DNA from: an uncultured virus (IMG/VR IMGVR_UViG_3300031957_001236)
Lineage: Duplodnaviria; Heunggongvirae; Uroviricota; Caudoviricetes
Direction: 5' to 3' (one strand)
DNA: 64,000 bases
Virus record (IMG/VR): IMGVR_UViG_3300031957_001236
The position numbers and the translations under genes are program-made. The notes below the pieces were generated by a model. That model did no database searches. It had not been told where the DNA came from and was given only the letters and a program-made list of their open reading frames with translations. Below are positions 1 to 8,921 of this stretch, in pieces. The stretch's first letter is position 1, and every line of letters begins with the position of its first letter.

Positions 1-71
1 GTATTTTTAGGCTGACCAAGAGTTTTGGAGGTAACAACCTCAGAAAGCAAATGTAGTAACCTATCGTACAT
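1..71 (-). CDS. Partial hypothetical protein, runs off the left window edge (MYDRLLHLLSEVVTSKTLGQPKN...)
   Basis: ATG at 69-71 overlaps the stop of the upstream ORF (TGATG coupling); frame is open to the window edge; absent from the ORF track. Confidence 0.5.
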   Translation of the reverse strand, partial: MYDRLLHLLSEVVTSKTLGQPKN

Positions 72-295
72 CATCTCACCTCAGGAATTTCAATATCAGG
101 GTTTCTCATCTTAAGTTTTAGGGACCAGTTCTCCATCTCTGTTGAACTCCATTGATCTTCTAGCTTTGTCTCCATCTGATCAAGCTTGATCTCAATATCG
201 GTGAGCTTGCTGCTCATCCAAAAAAGACCCACAAATAATGTAATAACAAAACTCACAGGCATCAATGTGTCCTTTGAGAGAACTGTTCTATCCAT
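71..295 (-). CDS. Small membrane protein with one TM helix plus coiled coil; possibly lysis-related
   Basis: Hydrophobic stretch LMPVSFVITLFVGLFWM followed by heptad-like KLTDIEIKLDQMETKLE; GAGG SD upstream. Confidence 0.55.
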   Translation of the reverse strand: MDRTVLSKDTLMPVSFVITLFVGLFWMSSKLTDIEIKLDQMETKLEDQWSSTEMENWSLKLKMRNPDIEIPEVR

Positions 296-315
296 ATGAA
301 AAACCTCGTCAAAGT

Positions 316-333
316 TATTTACTATAGTAAATA
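316..333. promoter_or_regulatory. Perfect 18-bp palindrome TATTTACTATAGTAAATA with a TAAATA late-promoter-like motif on both strands
   Basis: Read directly; lies between a terminator and the 71..295 ORF. Confidence 0.55.
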
Positions 334-352
334 CCCCTAAGTGATTTTAATA

Positions 353-379
353 TAAAAAACCTACCCCCGAAGGGGTAGG
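353..379 (-). terminator. Rho-independent terminator
   Basis: Minus strand CCTACCCC-TTCG-GGGGTAGG followed by TTTTTT (UUCG tetraloop). Confidence 0.85.
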
Positions 380-441
380 CGGCAGCGAAGTTCATCTCCA
401 GCACGAAAGGCGTATTGCACACCCAAGGCGGCTAAAGGTGA

Positions 442-672
442 TCATTTATCCTCGTCTTTCTTCTTACGACGAGTATACTTTCTTTTAGGCTTGGAGGGCT
501 CGTCAACCTCTAGCTTTTTGCTTTTTGTTCTCCGCTGCCTAGTTTTCTTCTCTTGATACTCTAGCTCTGCGGCATCATCGGCATCCTCAAACTGCTCTAC
601 TATTGGCTGTTGTTTAGCAGCAGCCCTAGCCTGTGCGCGAGCCATAGCTCTTTGTCTTGGTGTCATTCTCAT
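442..672 (-). CDS. Small basic hypothetical protein
   Basis: 76 aa ORF with Lys/Arg-rich C-terminus (KPKRKYTRRKKK); ATGA overlap with the upstream gene. Confidence 0.6.
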   Translation of the reverse strand: MRMTPRQRAMARAQARAAAKQQPIVEQFEDADDAAELEYQEKKTRQRRTKSKKLEVDEPSKPKRKYTRRKKKDEDK

Positions 673-2039
673 ATCACTAATTTATTGTTTTTCACTTTTA
701 CATCGTAAAGCTTACCAGTCTTAGGCTGCTCTCCACTCAGTATACTATCTGCTAGAAGAGACTTAACCTCACGGGTGATAAACTTTGCGATGAACCGTGC
801 TCCGTATTGTTCCGAAGTACCGTTCTCAATTATATAGTTAAGAAGTGCCTTGGTTTTACGAACTGGTAGGTTTTTTATCTCCAGTTTTGCTACCTTGAGC
901 AAGTCCTCCTTGCTAAGATAGTTAAAGTGTACCATCTCATCAACCCTACCAATAAACTCAGGGCTGAACTTCTTCTTCACGGACTTCTTAATAGCCTCCT
1001 TAGAGCCCTCGTAGGTGATTGTTTCCTTTCCGAAGCCCAGGGTAGTCTCCCCAATGTTTGCGTCCTTTATACCCTCGTTAGAGGTCATTAGAATGATACT
1101 CTCGGAGAAGTCTAGCTCCTGCCCGTTAGATGCCATAACCTTGCCATCATCCATGAGGGCAAGCATGAAGTCGAATAGTTTAGGTGATGCCTTCTCAATC
1201 TCATCAAAGAGAAGCACCCACTTGTTGCTCTTCTCTGCTTTTACTTGAAGGATAGACTTCTCTGTGCTACCAACATAGCCAGGAGGAGATCCAATAAGTT
1301 TAGCATATTCGTGCTGCTGTGCATACTCAGAACAGTTGATCTTGAAGAAGTTTCCTGAGTAGTGGTCGCCTAGGACCTTAGCCAGCTTGGTCTTACCAAC
1401 GCCTGTGGGACCAATGAACATCAGGGAGACATTCTGGGCGAGGTTGGCTACCATGAGCTTCACATAGCGTACAACGCTGTCAATGGCCTCATCCTGGCCT
1501 ATAACCTCTTTGCGTAGCTCTGCCTCTAGCTTGTGAATATCAGCAAGGGTTTTAAGAGAGCGTTCTTTACCCTCTGGCTGATCGTCAACGAGCCTACTTC
1601 CTGTTCGACGCCTAGTTCTTTTCTTAGGCGCTTTTTCATCAGTTTTATCATACAGTTCTTCTAAGAACGAGTTAAGAAAACCTTTGAGAGTCTCTTGGTT
1701 CAGAGATTGCACAATGTTTTCCAGTTGCAGGTTAGGATACACCTGACAAACTGACATATAAATGCTTTCGATGATGCCTGCATAGACCTGATCGAAATCC
1801 TCTTCATAGGCTTCTTTAATAGTCTGCTCACACTTTGCAAGCAACTTATTACCTTCGACAACAAAATCGTTAATAACCTTGATCTCGTAATCCAGAAGAT
1901 CTATTGATGTAGACTTCTTGATCATCTTATAGACATCTTGCCTATACTTCTCAAGACTATTGGTATCTAACGCACGAACAGAGATAATCTCGTTGATTGC
2001 GTCACAGAATACTTTAAAAGTGTTGCCGTCTTTGGACAT
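669..2039 (-). CDS. ClpA/B/C-family AAA+ ATPase (single D2-type module) with unrelated N-terminal domain
   Basis: VIGQDEAI, Walker A GPTGVGKT, pore loop GSPPGYVG, Walker B LLFDEIEKA, FSPEFIGRVD, YGAR; start probably MSKDG at 2039 (track gives 2066). Confidence 0.85.
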   Translation of the reverse strand: MSKDGNTFKVFCDAINEIISVRALDTNSLEKYRQDVYKMIKKSTSIDLLDYEIKVINDFVVEGNKLLAKCEQTIKEAYEEDFDQVYAGIIESIYMSVCQVYPNLQLENIVQSLNQETLKGFLNSFLEELYDKTDEKAPKKRTRRRTGSRLVDDQPEGKERSLKTLADIHKLEAELRKEVIGQDEAIDSVVRYVKLMVANLAQNVSLMFIGPTGVGKTKLAKVLGDHYSGNFFKINCSEYAQQHEYAKLIGSPPGYVGSTEKSILQVKAEKSNKWVLLFDEIEKASPKLFDFMLALMDDGKVMASNGQELDFSESIILMTSNEGIKDANIGETTLGFGKETITYEGSKEAIKKSVKKKFSPEFIGRVDEMVHFNYLSKEDLLKVAKLEIKNLPVRKTKALLNYIIENGTSEQYGARFIAKFITREVKSLLADSILSGEQPKTGKLYDVKVKNNKLVI

Positions 2040-2044
2040 ATTAA

Positions 2045-2389
2045 TTACTCGCTTAGATCCTTCCATGAAGGGGGTGCCTCGTCCTTCATAGTAGTAGTGC
2101 TTTTGCTCTTGCTGAGTTTTTCTTCTGCTTTGATAAAGGTATCTAAACCTTTAATCGCCGTATTCTGGGCAGATTGCATAAGCTTTAAGCACTCGATCAT
2201 ACATTTGCGAGCGTCCATGTCTCTGATATCATCAGAGTGCGCTGAGTTGTCTACTATCTCTTTGAAGAACTCATACGCTTGTTTGGCTAGGTTTCTATCT
2301 TCTCTAGCCTGCTTGAGCATATCAGCACAAGCCTTCTTTAATCTCTCAGGAGATAAATGATCTGTCTTGGGAATATATACTTTCGCCAT
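2045..2389 (-). CDS. Hypothetical helical protein
   Basis: 114 aa ORF in the co-oriented run; AAGGA SD. Confidence 0.6.
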   Translation of the reverse strand: MAKVYIPKTDHLSPERLKKACADMLKQAREDRNLAKQAYEFFKEIVDNSAHSDDIRDMDARKCMIECLKLMQSAQNTAIKGLDTFIKAEEKLSKSKSTTTMKDEAPPSWKDLSE

Positions 2390-2624
2390 CGCGTTCCTTC
2401 TCCGTTCTAATAGTTATATAGTCACTAACGAACGCTTGGTAACCTTCTAAATCATAGATCTTCCAGACATCTGGGTTTGATTTGTAAGGTTCAGGAACCA
2501 TGGACTGCTGCCATTCCATCCAATCCAGGAACCTTTTAGCGTCCTGAACCATGATGGAGTCTGGTATAGACAGATCGTAGTAGTTGGGGTCAGTATCGTA
2601 TGCAATCGGAATGGAGTCACTCAT
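2346..2624 (-). CDS. Hypothetical protein
   Basis: 92 aa ORF overlapping both neighbours. Confidence 0.55.
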   Translation of the reverse strand: MSDSIPIAYDTDPNYYDLSIPDSIMVQDAKRFLDWMEWQQSMVPEPYKSNPDVWKIYDLEGYQAFVSDYITIRTEKERDGESIYSQDRSFIS

Positions 2625-2901
2625 TTATAGAAAATCCTTTGCTCTTGAGAGTATCCATGACAACGCCTTCCTTTGGGAAAGTAAAGAGAGCCTCACCAGA
2701 CTCATGGTCCCATCGAAGCGTTGCCACGGTATTATCTTCTTCGTATAGGTCGTTAATCGCATTGTACATGGACCACATTTGGACATAAGTATTAAGAGCG
2801 GCCTTGGTCTTATCGTCTGTGGGACGGTTCAGAAAGAACCTCAGTTGATCATCGTAGATATAGTTCTTGTCGCCAATCTTAATCTTAGTGCGGGTCATCA
2901 T
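2617..2901 (-). CDS. Hypothetical protein
   Basis: 94 aa ORF with strong SD AGGAGGTG and TACATA motif upstream. Confidence 0.65.
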   Translation of the reverse strand: MMTRTKIKIGDKNYIYDDQLRFFLNRPTDDKTKAALNTYVQMWSMYNAINDLYEEDNTVATLRWDHESGEALFTFPKEGVVMDTLKSKGFSINE

Positions 2902-2925
2902 GTGACACCTCCTATACTATGTAGG

Positions 2926-3141
2926 TTACTTAGTGGGGAACATCTCAGCGAACGCCTCTTCGCGTGACAAGCCTCGCTCTTTCTGCTCTTTCAGCATACG
3001 GAAACGCTTGCCTGTCTTACGCTGGTAGTCCTCGATGTCCTTGTACTCCTGTATAGTAGGCTCAGGCTGCTTGCCCTTACTAAGTTCTTTTTTCATGGCC
3101 TTCTCGATTAGTTTATCGAGTTGCTTGATGAAGTCTGTCAT
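2926..3141 (-). CDS. Hypothetical protein
   Basis: 71 aa ORF; ATGA overlap with the recA stop. Confidence 0.6.
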   Translation of the reverse strand: MTDFIKQLDKLIEKAMKKELSKGKQPEPTIQEYKDIEDYQRKTGKRFRMLKEQKERGLSREEAFAEMFPTK

Positions 3142-4112
3142 AGTCCTATCTCCTCTCGTAGTGATTTAAACTTATCGTCGGTCATAAAACTCTCGTTGAA
3201 TGTCTTGGCTTGGAACTTAGGTTCGTCCTTGTATTGATACCAAGCACCAGACCTCTCTACTATTTTGTCCTTGACCATAAGATCAAGCACTCCATAGTGC
3301 GGAGTTAGACCTACATCGTATAGTAGTTCAAACTCCGCATCTTGGAAAGGTTTTGTGACCTTGTTCTTTACATTAGCTATCTTACCACGGATACCCACCA
3401 CGCTTTTATTATCGTCTTGTATCCTTTCGTTCTTAGGTGCAGAGGTCATAAAGTTAAGACCGAGGTAGTATTCAAGAGATTTACCACCCGCTGCTGGTGT
3501 TCTAGGATCACCGTACATCACACCTACCTTGTTGCGGATCTGGTTCACAATAACCAGAGCAACCTTATGTTCCCGTAGGAGTGGGTTAATCTTTCTCAAA
3601 CAGGCTCCTGTAACCTTTGCACGCATAGCACCAGTCATCTGGTGTGATTCGTAATCGGTCTTCTCCATCTCCTCACGGCTAGGTGATACAGCAATACTAT
3701 CGTAGCCAATAACGATTGGAGTATCCTTATCAATCTCTCTTATCTCTTTGATAAGAGCCTCCATACTTGCGAAGCAATCTTCTAGCGTAGGCGGTGCAGT
3801 ATAGATAAGGTTCTGTGGATCAATACCTAGCGTTGAGGCAAACTCTGAGTTGTAAGCATTCTCAGCGTCAATAAGAACTGTATGATACCCTTGCTTCTGT
3901 GCGTTCGCAAGAATGTGAGTCACGAATACAGTCTTGGCTGTAGATGCCTCACCGTGGAACTGGGTGATCATACCGATAGGGATTCCCTTTTGGTAGTCAC
4001 CAGAGCAGATCTTGTTGAGAGCGTAGGACCCTGTTGAGACGAACCCAAGGTCAAGGTTCTGATCCGAAAGCAGTCCCGCAGTTTTGAGGGACTTAATTAC
4101 ATCATCGCGCAT
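3138..4112 (-). CDS. recA: RecA/UvsX-family recombinase
   Basis: VSTGSYALN, P-loop GEASTAKT, IDAENA, YDSIA, NQIRNKVGVMYGDPRTPAAGGKSLEYY, VKNKV, SGAWYQY. Confidence 0.93.
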   Translation of the reverse strand: MRDDVIKSLKTAGLLSDQNLDLGFVSTGSYALNKICSGDYQKGIPIGMITQFHGEASTAKTVFVTHILANAQKQGYHTVLIDAENAYNSEFASTLGIDPQNLIYTAPPTLEDCFASMEALIKEIREIDKDTPIVIGYDSIAVSPSREEMEKTDYESHQMTGAMRAKVTGACLRKINPLLREHKVALVIVNQIRNKVGVMYGDPRTPAAGGKSLEYYLGLNFMTSAPKNERIQDDNKSVVGIRGKIANVKNKVTKPFQDAEFELLYDVGLTPHYGVLDLMVKDKIVERSGAWYQYKDEPKFQAKTFNESFMTDDKFKSLREEIGL

Positions 4113-4141
4113 AGTCTATAATAGTTCAAATTTGACTTTTA

Positions 4142-4534
4142 TCAGACTAAATCTCTAAGATCTGGTGCTTGATAGTTAGGTCCTTTGAGGATCTTTCCAT
4201 CCTCTCTACGGATTGGCTTACCATCGTCATCCAGCTTGCTCATGTTACTTTCATGCACTCTTTTGAATGCTTCATCAAAGTTCCAACCGAACTCTACGAA
4301 CATGCCTAAGATGACATACACTATGTCACACGCCTCCTTCATAATCTCAGCAGGAGTGTCCGCATTCACTAGCTCACGGAACTCTTCATTGTTGAGATCG
4401 AAGCGTAGCTTGATGCGATCTGCGTCTTCCTTGGTGAGCTTGGTGAAGTCCTCGCTCATTGTTACAGTTCCCCTGGGCATGTCGTATGCTTTATGGAACT
4501 CGTCTACTCTTTTGTAATGAATTGATTTAGTCAT
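4142..4534 (-). CDS. MazG-like/PRA-PH nucleoside triphosphate pyrophosphohydrolase
   Basis: EEFREL...KEACDIVYV...RVHESNMSKL...RREDGKILKGPNY signature. Confidence 0.85.
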   Translation of the reverse strand: MTKSIHYKRVDEFHKAYDMPRGTVTMSEDFTKLTKEDADRIKLRFDLNNEEFRELVNADTPAEIMKEACDIVYVILGMFVEFGWNFDEAFKRVHESNMSKLDDDGKPIRREDGKILKGPNYQAPDLRDLV

Positions 4535-4537
4535 AAT

Positions 4538-5188
4538 TTATTTAATATGTGCGTTAAGGCGAAAGAAGCTTTCGTGGGTGGCATTTATTCGGCAGCAAGG
4601 TAATTTGTTTTTCCAAAGAGAATAACCACAGCTTAACTGATCTCTGTAACTATTATTTTCAATCTCATTCCACCAAAAATCCATGCAGTCCTTTACTGCT
4701 TTTTGATTATGCCTTCTAGCTATGAATCCACACATATAGTGTGTATTAGATATTTGCGAGAACCCATCTTGAATATACTTCTCTACCTGATCTGTTATAG
4801 TCTTAGGGTCATCTTTCCCACATCTAATGCACTCTTTTGCTTCTCCCATTAGATTATCTATGAAGTAATGATCGAACAAGGCTATGTCGTAATCTTCCAA
4901 ACAATCCGTCAGTATAGGCTCTGGGTCTTGGACGATTCGAGCATTAGCATCAACCCAGAGGCTTACATCGTGATCTTCAAAAAATAAGTGAGGTCGTATC
5001 TTAAATAGCTTTGCACTTCTAACAGGCTTATCGTGGGTTGGGTGCTTGTGAATCACTTCCCAGCCCTTCCCTTCTGCCTGCTGTGGGTTATCTGTAAAGC
5101 ACACATATCTATACTTATCTAACTTTGGAGCTTGGATTAGATTGTCATATCCTCCATAAAGAGCGGTATATATTACTGGATTTTTCAT
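4538..5188 (-). CDS. Glycosyltransferase, DUF616/TOD1-MUCI70-like
   Basis: VIYTALYGGYD, YVCFTD, KIRPHLFF, SLWVDAN, WWNEI...RDQLS. Confidence 0.8.
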   Translation of the reverse strand: MKNPVIYTALYGGYDNLIQAPKLDKYRYVCFTDNPQQAEGKGWEVIHKHPTHDKPVRSAKLFKIRPHLFFEDHDVSLWVDANARIVQDPEPILTDCLEDYDIALFDHYFIDNLMGEAKECIRCGKDDPKTITDQVEKYIQDGFSQISNTHYMCGFIARRHNQKAVKDCMDFWWNEIENNSYRDQLSCGYSLWKNKLPCCRINATHESFFRLNAHIK

Positions 5189-5748
5189 ACCTTTATAAAA
5201 ACCATAAGGTTATTGTATAAGTAGTCGTAAGGCGATTTAATTTTTAACTTAGCTATGTTAACAATCTCTTCGGTCTTATTGGATAATTCGTAACCCCTAA
5301 GTTTGAATTTATCAATCCAATATGATTTAGGTTGTGGATTAAAGTGAGAATAGCCTCGTACATTAGAAGCAGTCACTACAACATTGTCTGATAGAGATAC
5401 TAGATTGTCTACAAACATGTCCGCGAATTCCTCCTCTAAGTGTTCGGCCACTTCAACACTAACCGCTAAATTGAATCGTTCGATATTCAGTTTATTTCTG
5501 AGGTCGTGCTTTATAACAGTATACCCTCTATTAGCGGTATGTTTAACACCCTCATCACTCGCCTCTATACCTACGCAGGATACTGAAAACCCCTCCATAA
5601 GAACTCCGTTACCGCAGCCTACATCAACTATATCGGTGGGCTGCATAACCTCCTGAATAGCTTTAGATAGAAGAGGGTACACGGTTTCCTTAAACGCCAT
5701 CCTTTTCCCGTAGTAGGATTCTCCGTAATATTGGTTTATATCATACAT
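5185..5748 (-). CDS. Class I SAM-dependent methyltransferase
   Basis: IVDVGCGNG motif I; SVEVAEHL...HFNPQPKSYW typical of glycan-cluster methyltransferases. Confidence 0.85.
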   Translation of the reverse strand: MYDINQYYGESYYGKRMAFKETVYPLLSKAIQEVMQPTDIVDVGCGNGVLMEGFSVSCVGIEASDEGVKHTANRGYTVIKHDLRNKLNIERFNLAVSVEVAEHLEEEFADMFVDNLVSLSDNVVVTASNVRGYSHFNPQPKSYWIDKFKLRGYELSNKTEEIVNIAKLKIKSPYDYLYNNLMVFIKV

Positions 5749-6295
5749 CTTGTCGTTCCAAAACAGTTAGCCCGTTATTATTAGTAAATACTTCTTTTAC
5801 TTTCCAATGAGAGTTGTTCTCTAAAAACTCATCAATAGCTGGTTGAAGTCCTTTGTGCCCAAAGGTCTCACCTTCTTCTCCAAAAGTTGTAGTGTCGTGG
5901 AATATGAGATACTTCTTAGCTTTATTTCCATGAAGTTCTAATTCTTGTTTAAGTTGGTCGTACACATGCCAAGTATCAATAAAAAGAAGATCACACTCTT
6001 CTATCTCAATCTTAGTAGTATCTCCTTGAATAAACTTATACGGTATTCCAGCTTTTTCTGCTATCTCCTCTACCTTCTCAATAGGCACATTATGCTTTGA
6101 TGGATTATCTATATCAATGGATGTCATTGTTTTTGGCTTACCTGCTAATAAAGCCCAGGTTGAAACAACCCACCTAACGCCCATTTCCACTACGCTATCA
6201 ACCTCTTCTGAGTATTTCTTTAGAGTGGGTAGATGCTCATTGATGTCCGATACTTTATTACAATGATGCTCGTATATGTTATTGATTAATTCCAT
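5741..6295 (-). CDS. SAM-dependent methyltransferase (Methyltransf_24-like)
   Basis: SDINEHLPTL, VEMGVRWVVST, DLLFIDTWHVYDQL, IFHDT, NNNGLTVL. Confidence 0.8.
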   Translation of the reverse strand: MELINNIYEHHCNKVSDINEHLPTLKKYSEEVDSVVEMGVRWVVSTWALLAGKPKTMTSIDIDNPSKHNVPIEKVEEIAEKAGIPYKFIQGDTTKIEIEECDLLFIDTWHVYDQLKQELELHGNKAKKYLIFHDTTTFGEEGETFGHKGLQPAIDEFLENNSHWKVKEVFTNNNGLTVLERQDV

Positions 6296-6315
6296 GGCTT
6301 ATAATAGTCACTAAC

Positions 6316-6927
6316 CTAAGAATCTTTAGGTATAATTCTCTTTAAATGATTCATGTAGCTATCTCTCTCCGACCAAACAATCCAATTGAAATGCTTAGAT
6401 GTTTCAGAAAGAATCCCGTTATGATCTATATTTGGAAGAAGTGCTATAGATTTACCTTTTAACAAGCAGTTTGTAAACAGCCAATCATCGCCGTAGAATA
6501 TCCTAAGGTCTGGTGGGACTTCAACATAGTCTCCCTTCTCCATCATGAAACAGCATCCTAATCCGTGGTTTCTTTGTCTTATCTCTACAATACTTTTCTG
6601 GGAAGGGTCGAAGTTTATCGCAACCATCCCGTGCTTGTTTTTTATCTTTAGTGCTTCTTCAAAGAAGGACTGGTCAACTAAGAAATCATCATTAAGGATA
6701 ACAACGATTTCATTCTTAGCTGACCTAACACCTATATTCCAAGCAGGGTTTACTCCCACATTCTCTTTTTGCTGTATGATATTAATTTTATCGTTACTTA
6801 TGGTAAAGGAGGGCTTTGCATTAGATACAATTACAATATCATCTATCAGATCATTTTCTAGCAAGCTTCCTAGAAGTTGTGGAAATACAGCAGGTTTCCA
6901 CATGGTAGGTATGATAACTGATATCAT
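6316..6927 (-). CDS. Glycosyltransferase family 2
   Basis: ISVIIPT, NVGVNPAWNIG, ILNDD (DxD), YGDDW. Confidence 0.85.
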   Translation of the reverse strand: MISVIIPTMWKPAVFPQLLGSLLENDLIDDIVIVSNAKPSFTISNDKINIIQQKENVGVNPAWNIGVRSAKNEIVVILNDDFLVDQSFFEEALKIKNKHGMVAINFDPSQKSIVEIRQRNHGLGCCFMMEKGDYVEVPPDLRIFYGDDWLFTNCLLKGKSIALLPNIDHNGILSETSKHFNWIVWSERDSYMNHLKRIIPKDS

Positions 6928-6933
6928 CTTGAT

Positions 6934-7722
6934 TCATACCTCAAGCAAGTCTTTCCAAAGACCAAGTATCTCCTCGTTAGTAAGAACAGTAGGATTATTC
7001 TCAAGCCCCTCAAAGGGGATGCCTGCCTTCTTACACTCAGCTTCCACCAGACCGTAAGTTTCACGCTTGGACATGTGATATACCTTTCCTACTAGGTTAT
7101 ACATTTCGTTCTTGTCCTCCATCTGTCCTAGCATAACTACAAGACCGTTTTCTACATACTCCAGTAGCTCTTTCTCGAAATAGTCTTTGTCCGTAATAAT
7201 ACCAAACATCAGCACTCGTTCAAAGCCATCCTGCAACGCCTTCTCTACGGCCAAATGAGGCTGTTTGTGGGAATCCACGCTCCCTATTACGCCTGCGATC
7301 TTAGACCTGTCAGAGCCTTCCTCAGGAGCTTTCCAATCAACATCAGCTACCATAGGAGGGATGGTGACATACTCATGCTCGTAGTCTTGCCACTCCCTTT
7401 GGTGATCACTCACATATTGAATTACATCGTAGCATTGAGGATCAACCTCTTTTAGAGGAAACAGGTTGGTTTCATGTAGGCTAAGGATATGTTTCTTAAC
7501 ATCAAGCCCATCAGGGATCCTTAGGAAGTGACTGATGATTGTATCCTCTGGATCAACCTTTGCTTCCTGTAGCATCCCTGCCTTACACTTGTCCATATGG
7601 TAATCGTGTGGACCATAGAAAGTGCAGTCGTAACCGTTCTCGTTAAGAAGGTTGGTTAGGTCAATGTGATGTTGTGTAGATCCGCCTGGGGCAGACCATC
7701 CGCTTAGTATTTTAATTTTCAT
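6934..7722 (-). CDS. Glycosyltransferase, GT-B fold (GT4-like)
   Basis: SAPGGST N-terminus, IGSVDSHKQ, SKRETYGLVEAEC; start MKIKIL at 7722 follows a GAGGAG SD. Confidence 0.75.
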   Translation of the reverse strand: MKIKILSGWSAPGGSTQHHIDLTNLLNENGYDCTFYGPHDYHMDKCKAGMLQEAKVDPEDTIISHFLRIPDGLDVKKHILSLHETNLFPLKEVDPQCYDVIQYVSDHQREWQDYEHEYVTIPPMVADVDWKAPEEGSDRSKIAGVIGSVDSHKQPHLAVEKALQDGFERVLMFGIITDKDYFEKELLEYVENGLVVMLGQMEDKNEMYNLVGKVYHMSKRETYGLVEAECKKAGIPFEGLENNPTVLTNEEILGLWKDLLEV

Positions 7723-8881
7723 TCTTAATCTCCTCAAGATTTAGTATCTGTCTGTAAAGGTCTAGCCTAAACTTGACAACTTTGTTGATATCAAAGAACT
7801 CGTCAGTAACCTGCTTGAGGTTATTACCCATTTCCTCTCTACCTTTCTTATCCTTGATCATCTTACTCATAACCCTAACCCACTCAGACTTAGGATTAGA
7901 TGGATCAATAAGATATCCTGTCTCACCGTTGATGATAGTCTCATCATAGCATCCACAGTTTGTAGCTACAAGAGGAATCGCATACCTACCGCACTCAGCT
8001 ACTTTGATCTCACTCTTACTATCATTGAAGTTGTTGAACTCAAGAGGAGCGATAGCCAGATCCATGTGAGTGTAGAACTGTCCGTACCTATCAGGTCCTT
8101 GTGCTGGGTGAACTGTGCTATTGCGTCTGCCCTTCATGAAGCCGAACAGCATACGCTCGTAGTTGTCCCATACATCCTGCTGCCAGTCCTTACCTGTCTC
8201 AGGGTTGACTGGAGGTCTACCGAAGAAGTTCCAGTGAACTCGCTCTCTTCCTGCCTTTTGATTAACGAGAGCAGGAACACCTACGAACTGCTTAAGGTCC
8301 TGCTCATGGTGGATTCCCCCTACCCAGCCTACTCTACATAAGTTCTTAGGAACAACTCTGGGCATGTTCCAGCAAGGTAGGTCATAGTCGATAGCATTCT
8401 TTATAACTGTTAGCGTAGTGTTAGGACCGCAGAAAGGAAGAACTCTCTCTGCGAACTTACGCTGAGTTACTGATACAATATCGGAGTTATTATAGATGAA
8501 CTTAGTTATATCACTAAGACCTTTATCTTTGTAAACACCGTGTAGTCTGTGTCCCTCGTAAACTTCTGTGAGAAGATCGTCAGTATCGTAATGCATGATC
8601 TTACCAAACTCTTTGGCCTTACCTACGATACGAGCAGTGTAAGGTCCACCGAAGTTACTAAGGTTCTGAGTGAACACGATGTCGGCCCACTTCATATCCT
8701 CGTACTCCCAGTCTGGTTGCCATTGACCAGTCTTCTCGTCAATACCTAGAGGGTTCTTGTTGAACTTAACCTCTACCTCTTCAGGGAACTTTTGTTGAAG
8801 CTTTTGGAAAGGGCTCCAAGCTCTATAATACGCACATCCGCCATCATTAGCGGGAACAACAAGTATCTTTAGTTTACTCAT
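7712..8881 (-). CDS. Glycosyltransferase, GT-B fold
   Basis: GGCAYYR, YDTDD, VGWVGGIHH, DLAIAPLEFNNFNDSKSEIKVAE, INGETGYLI; start probably 8881 (track gives 8926). Confidence 0.85.
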   Translation of the reverse strand: MSKLKILVVPANDGGCAYYRAWSPFQKLQQKFPEEVEVKFNKNPLGIDEKTGQWQPDWEYEDMKWADIVFTQNLSNFGGPYTARIVGKAKEFGKIMHYDTDDLLTEVYEGHRLHGVYKDKGLSDITKFIYNNSDIVSVTQRKFAERVLPFCGPNTTLTVIKNAIDYDLPCWNMPRVVPKNLCRVGWVGGIHHEQDLKQFVGVPALVNQKAGRERVHWNFFGRPPVNPETGKDWQQDVWDNYERMLFGFMKGRRNSTVHPAQGPDRYGQFYTHMDLAIAPLEFNNFNDSKSEIKVAECGRYAIPLVATNCGCYDETIINGETGYLIDPSNPKSEWVRVMSKMIKDKKGREEMGNNLKQVTDEFFDINKVVKFRLDLYRQILNLEEIKNEN

Positions 8882-8883
8882 AA

Positions 8884-8914
8884 TAAGAAGAGAGGTGGCT
8901 TTCACCACCTCTCT
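8884..8914 (-). terminator. Stem-loop with GAAA loop; terminator-like
   Basis: Minus strand AGAGAGGTGG-TGAAAG-CCACCTCTCT then TCTTATT; 10-bp perfect stem (8889-8898/8905-8914). Confidence 0.6.
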
Positions 8915-8921
8915 ATTATAG

